Positions 63,464 through 64,000 of a stretch of DNA of 64,000 nucleotides are shown in pieces. The stretch is taken from NCBI RefSeq assembly GCF_018977255.1, contig NW_024704743.1, positions 110,982,001 through 111,046,000 of the forward strand, written 5' to 3'. A program made the translations under genes and the position numbers. The DNA is from Callorhinchus milii. Lineage: Eukaryota. Numbering within the stretch: position 1 is the first letter of the stretch; each line of letters opens with the position of its first letter. The notes under the pieces are model-generated. The model did no database searches and was not told the origin of the DNA. It saw only the letters and a list, made by a program, of their open reading frames with translations.

Positions 63464-63904
63464 ACTCCTCTTATAGTCTAACCTTGAACCTGTGTCTCCT
63501 TGCCTTGCTACCTTGGCATATTTGATAGTATTGGTTTACTTCTTCTTATATCTTAACCTTTGGATGTCCTCCTGACGTGAAAGGCACTCTATAAATGTAA
63601 TTTTGTTGTTATATACTGCTGTAAAGACCCCTCTGAAACGTGTTGTTATTATTTCCAAGACTTATCTGGTAGTTCCTGGTTGCTCATATCTCAGCCATCA
63701 AGCACCAAGGATTAGTCTTGTTTCTCTTGTTGCTACAATGATAAACTGTGTAAAAATAAAATCTCATCCTTCCAAAAAGTCAATTTATCCCAAATATCGA
63801 AAATGAGTACATTTAGCAAATGTCTGGCAGAACAAAATTGAATTCCTGTACTATATGTGAGGATAGTAAACTGCAAACTGCAGGGTCAGGTTATTAGCTG
63901 GAGT

Positions 63905-63988
63905 TAGATTAGAAGAACAGCCATGATTGAATGGCGGGCCAGGCTCGAAGGGCTGAATGGCCTACTCTTGCTCCTACATGTTATGTTA
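63905..63988 (+). mobile_element. CR1/HE1-type 3' tail
   Basis: CAGCCATGATTGAATGGCGG..CAGGCTCGAAGGGCTGAATGGCCTACTC, matching 62960-63035. Confidence 0.8.
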
Positions 63989-64000
63989 AACTGTGATCCT

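Noticed and set aside
23363..64000. MRPS28 exon 3 (expected roughly KYQKGTRVRLRLLDLEL...)
   Set aside because: Not found by eye or in the ORF track; probably beyond the window (tblastn would settle it)

Overview
Vertebrate genomic DNA, most likely a cartilaginous fish (chimaera/shark-type repeat content; inferred from recalled repeat families). The + strand carries the last four coding exons and 3' UTR of TPD52 (including 27-nt and 42-nt cassette exons). About 3 kb downstream, on the same strand, are the CpG-island promoter and exons 1 and 2 of MRPS28. I found no MRPS28 exon 3 by eye, so the rest of the window (about 40 kb) appears to be intron 2. Introns are dense with decayed L2 and CR1 LINE pieces, tRNA-headed Deu-domain SINEs, an older AmnSINE2-like SINE family and a few MITEs, with repeat-poor islands that may be enhancers (HEY1 lies downstream in human synteny). 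Almost all ORFs in the supplied track are repeat-derived or spurious. I did not find a clearly new biological system. The best leads are a TSD-flanked 74-bp-arm hairpin with a hammerhead-ribozyme relic, a triplicated RFX+CTCF-like promoter module, a frame-compatible TPD52-MRPS28 read-through junction, a poly-C minisatellite at the first splice donor, and a CORE-like/Deu hybrid SINE with two length variants. Family names come from recall, not database searches, and repeat boundaries are approximate.
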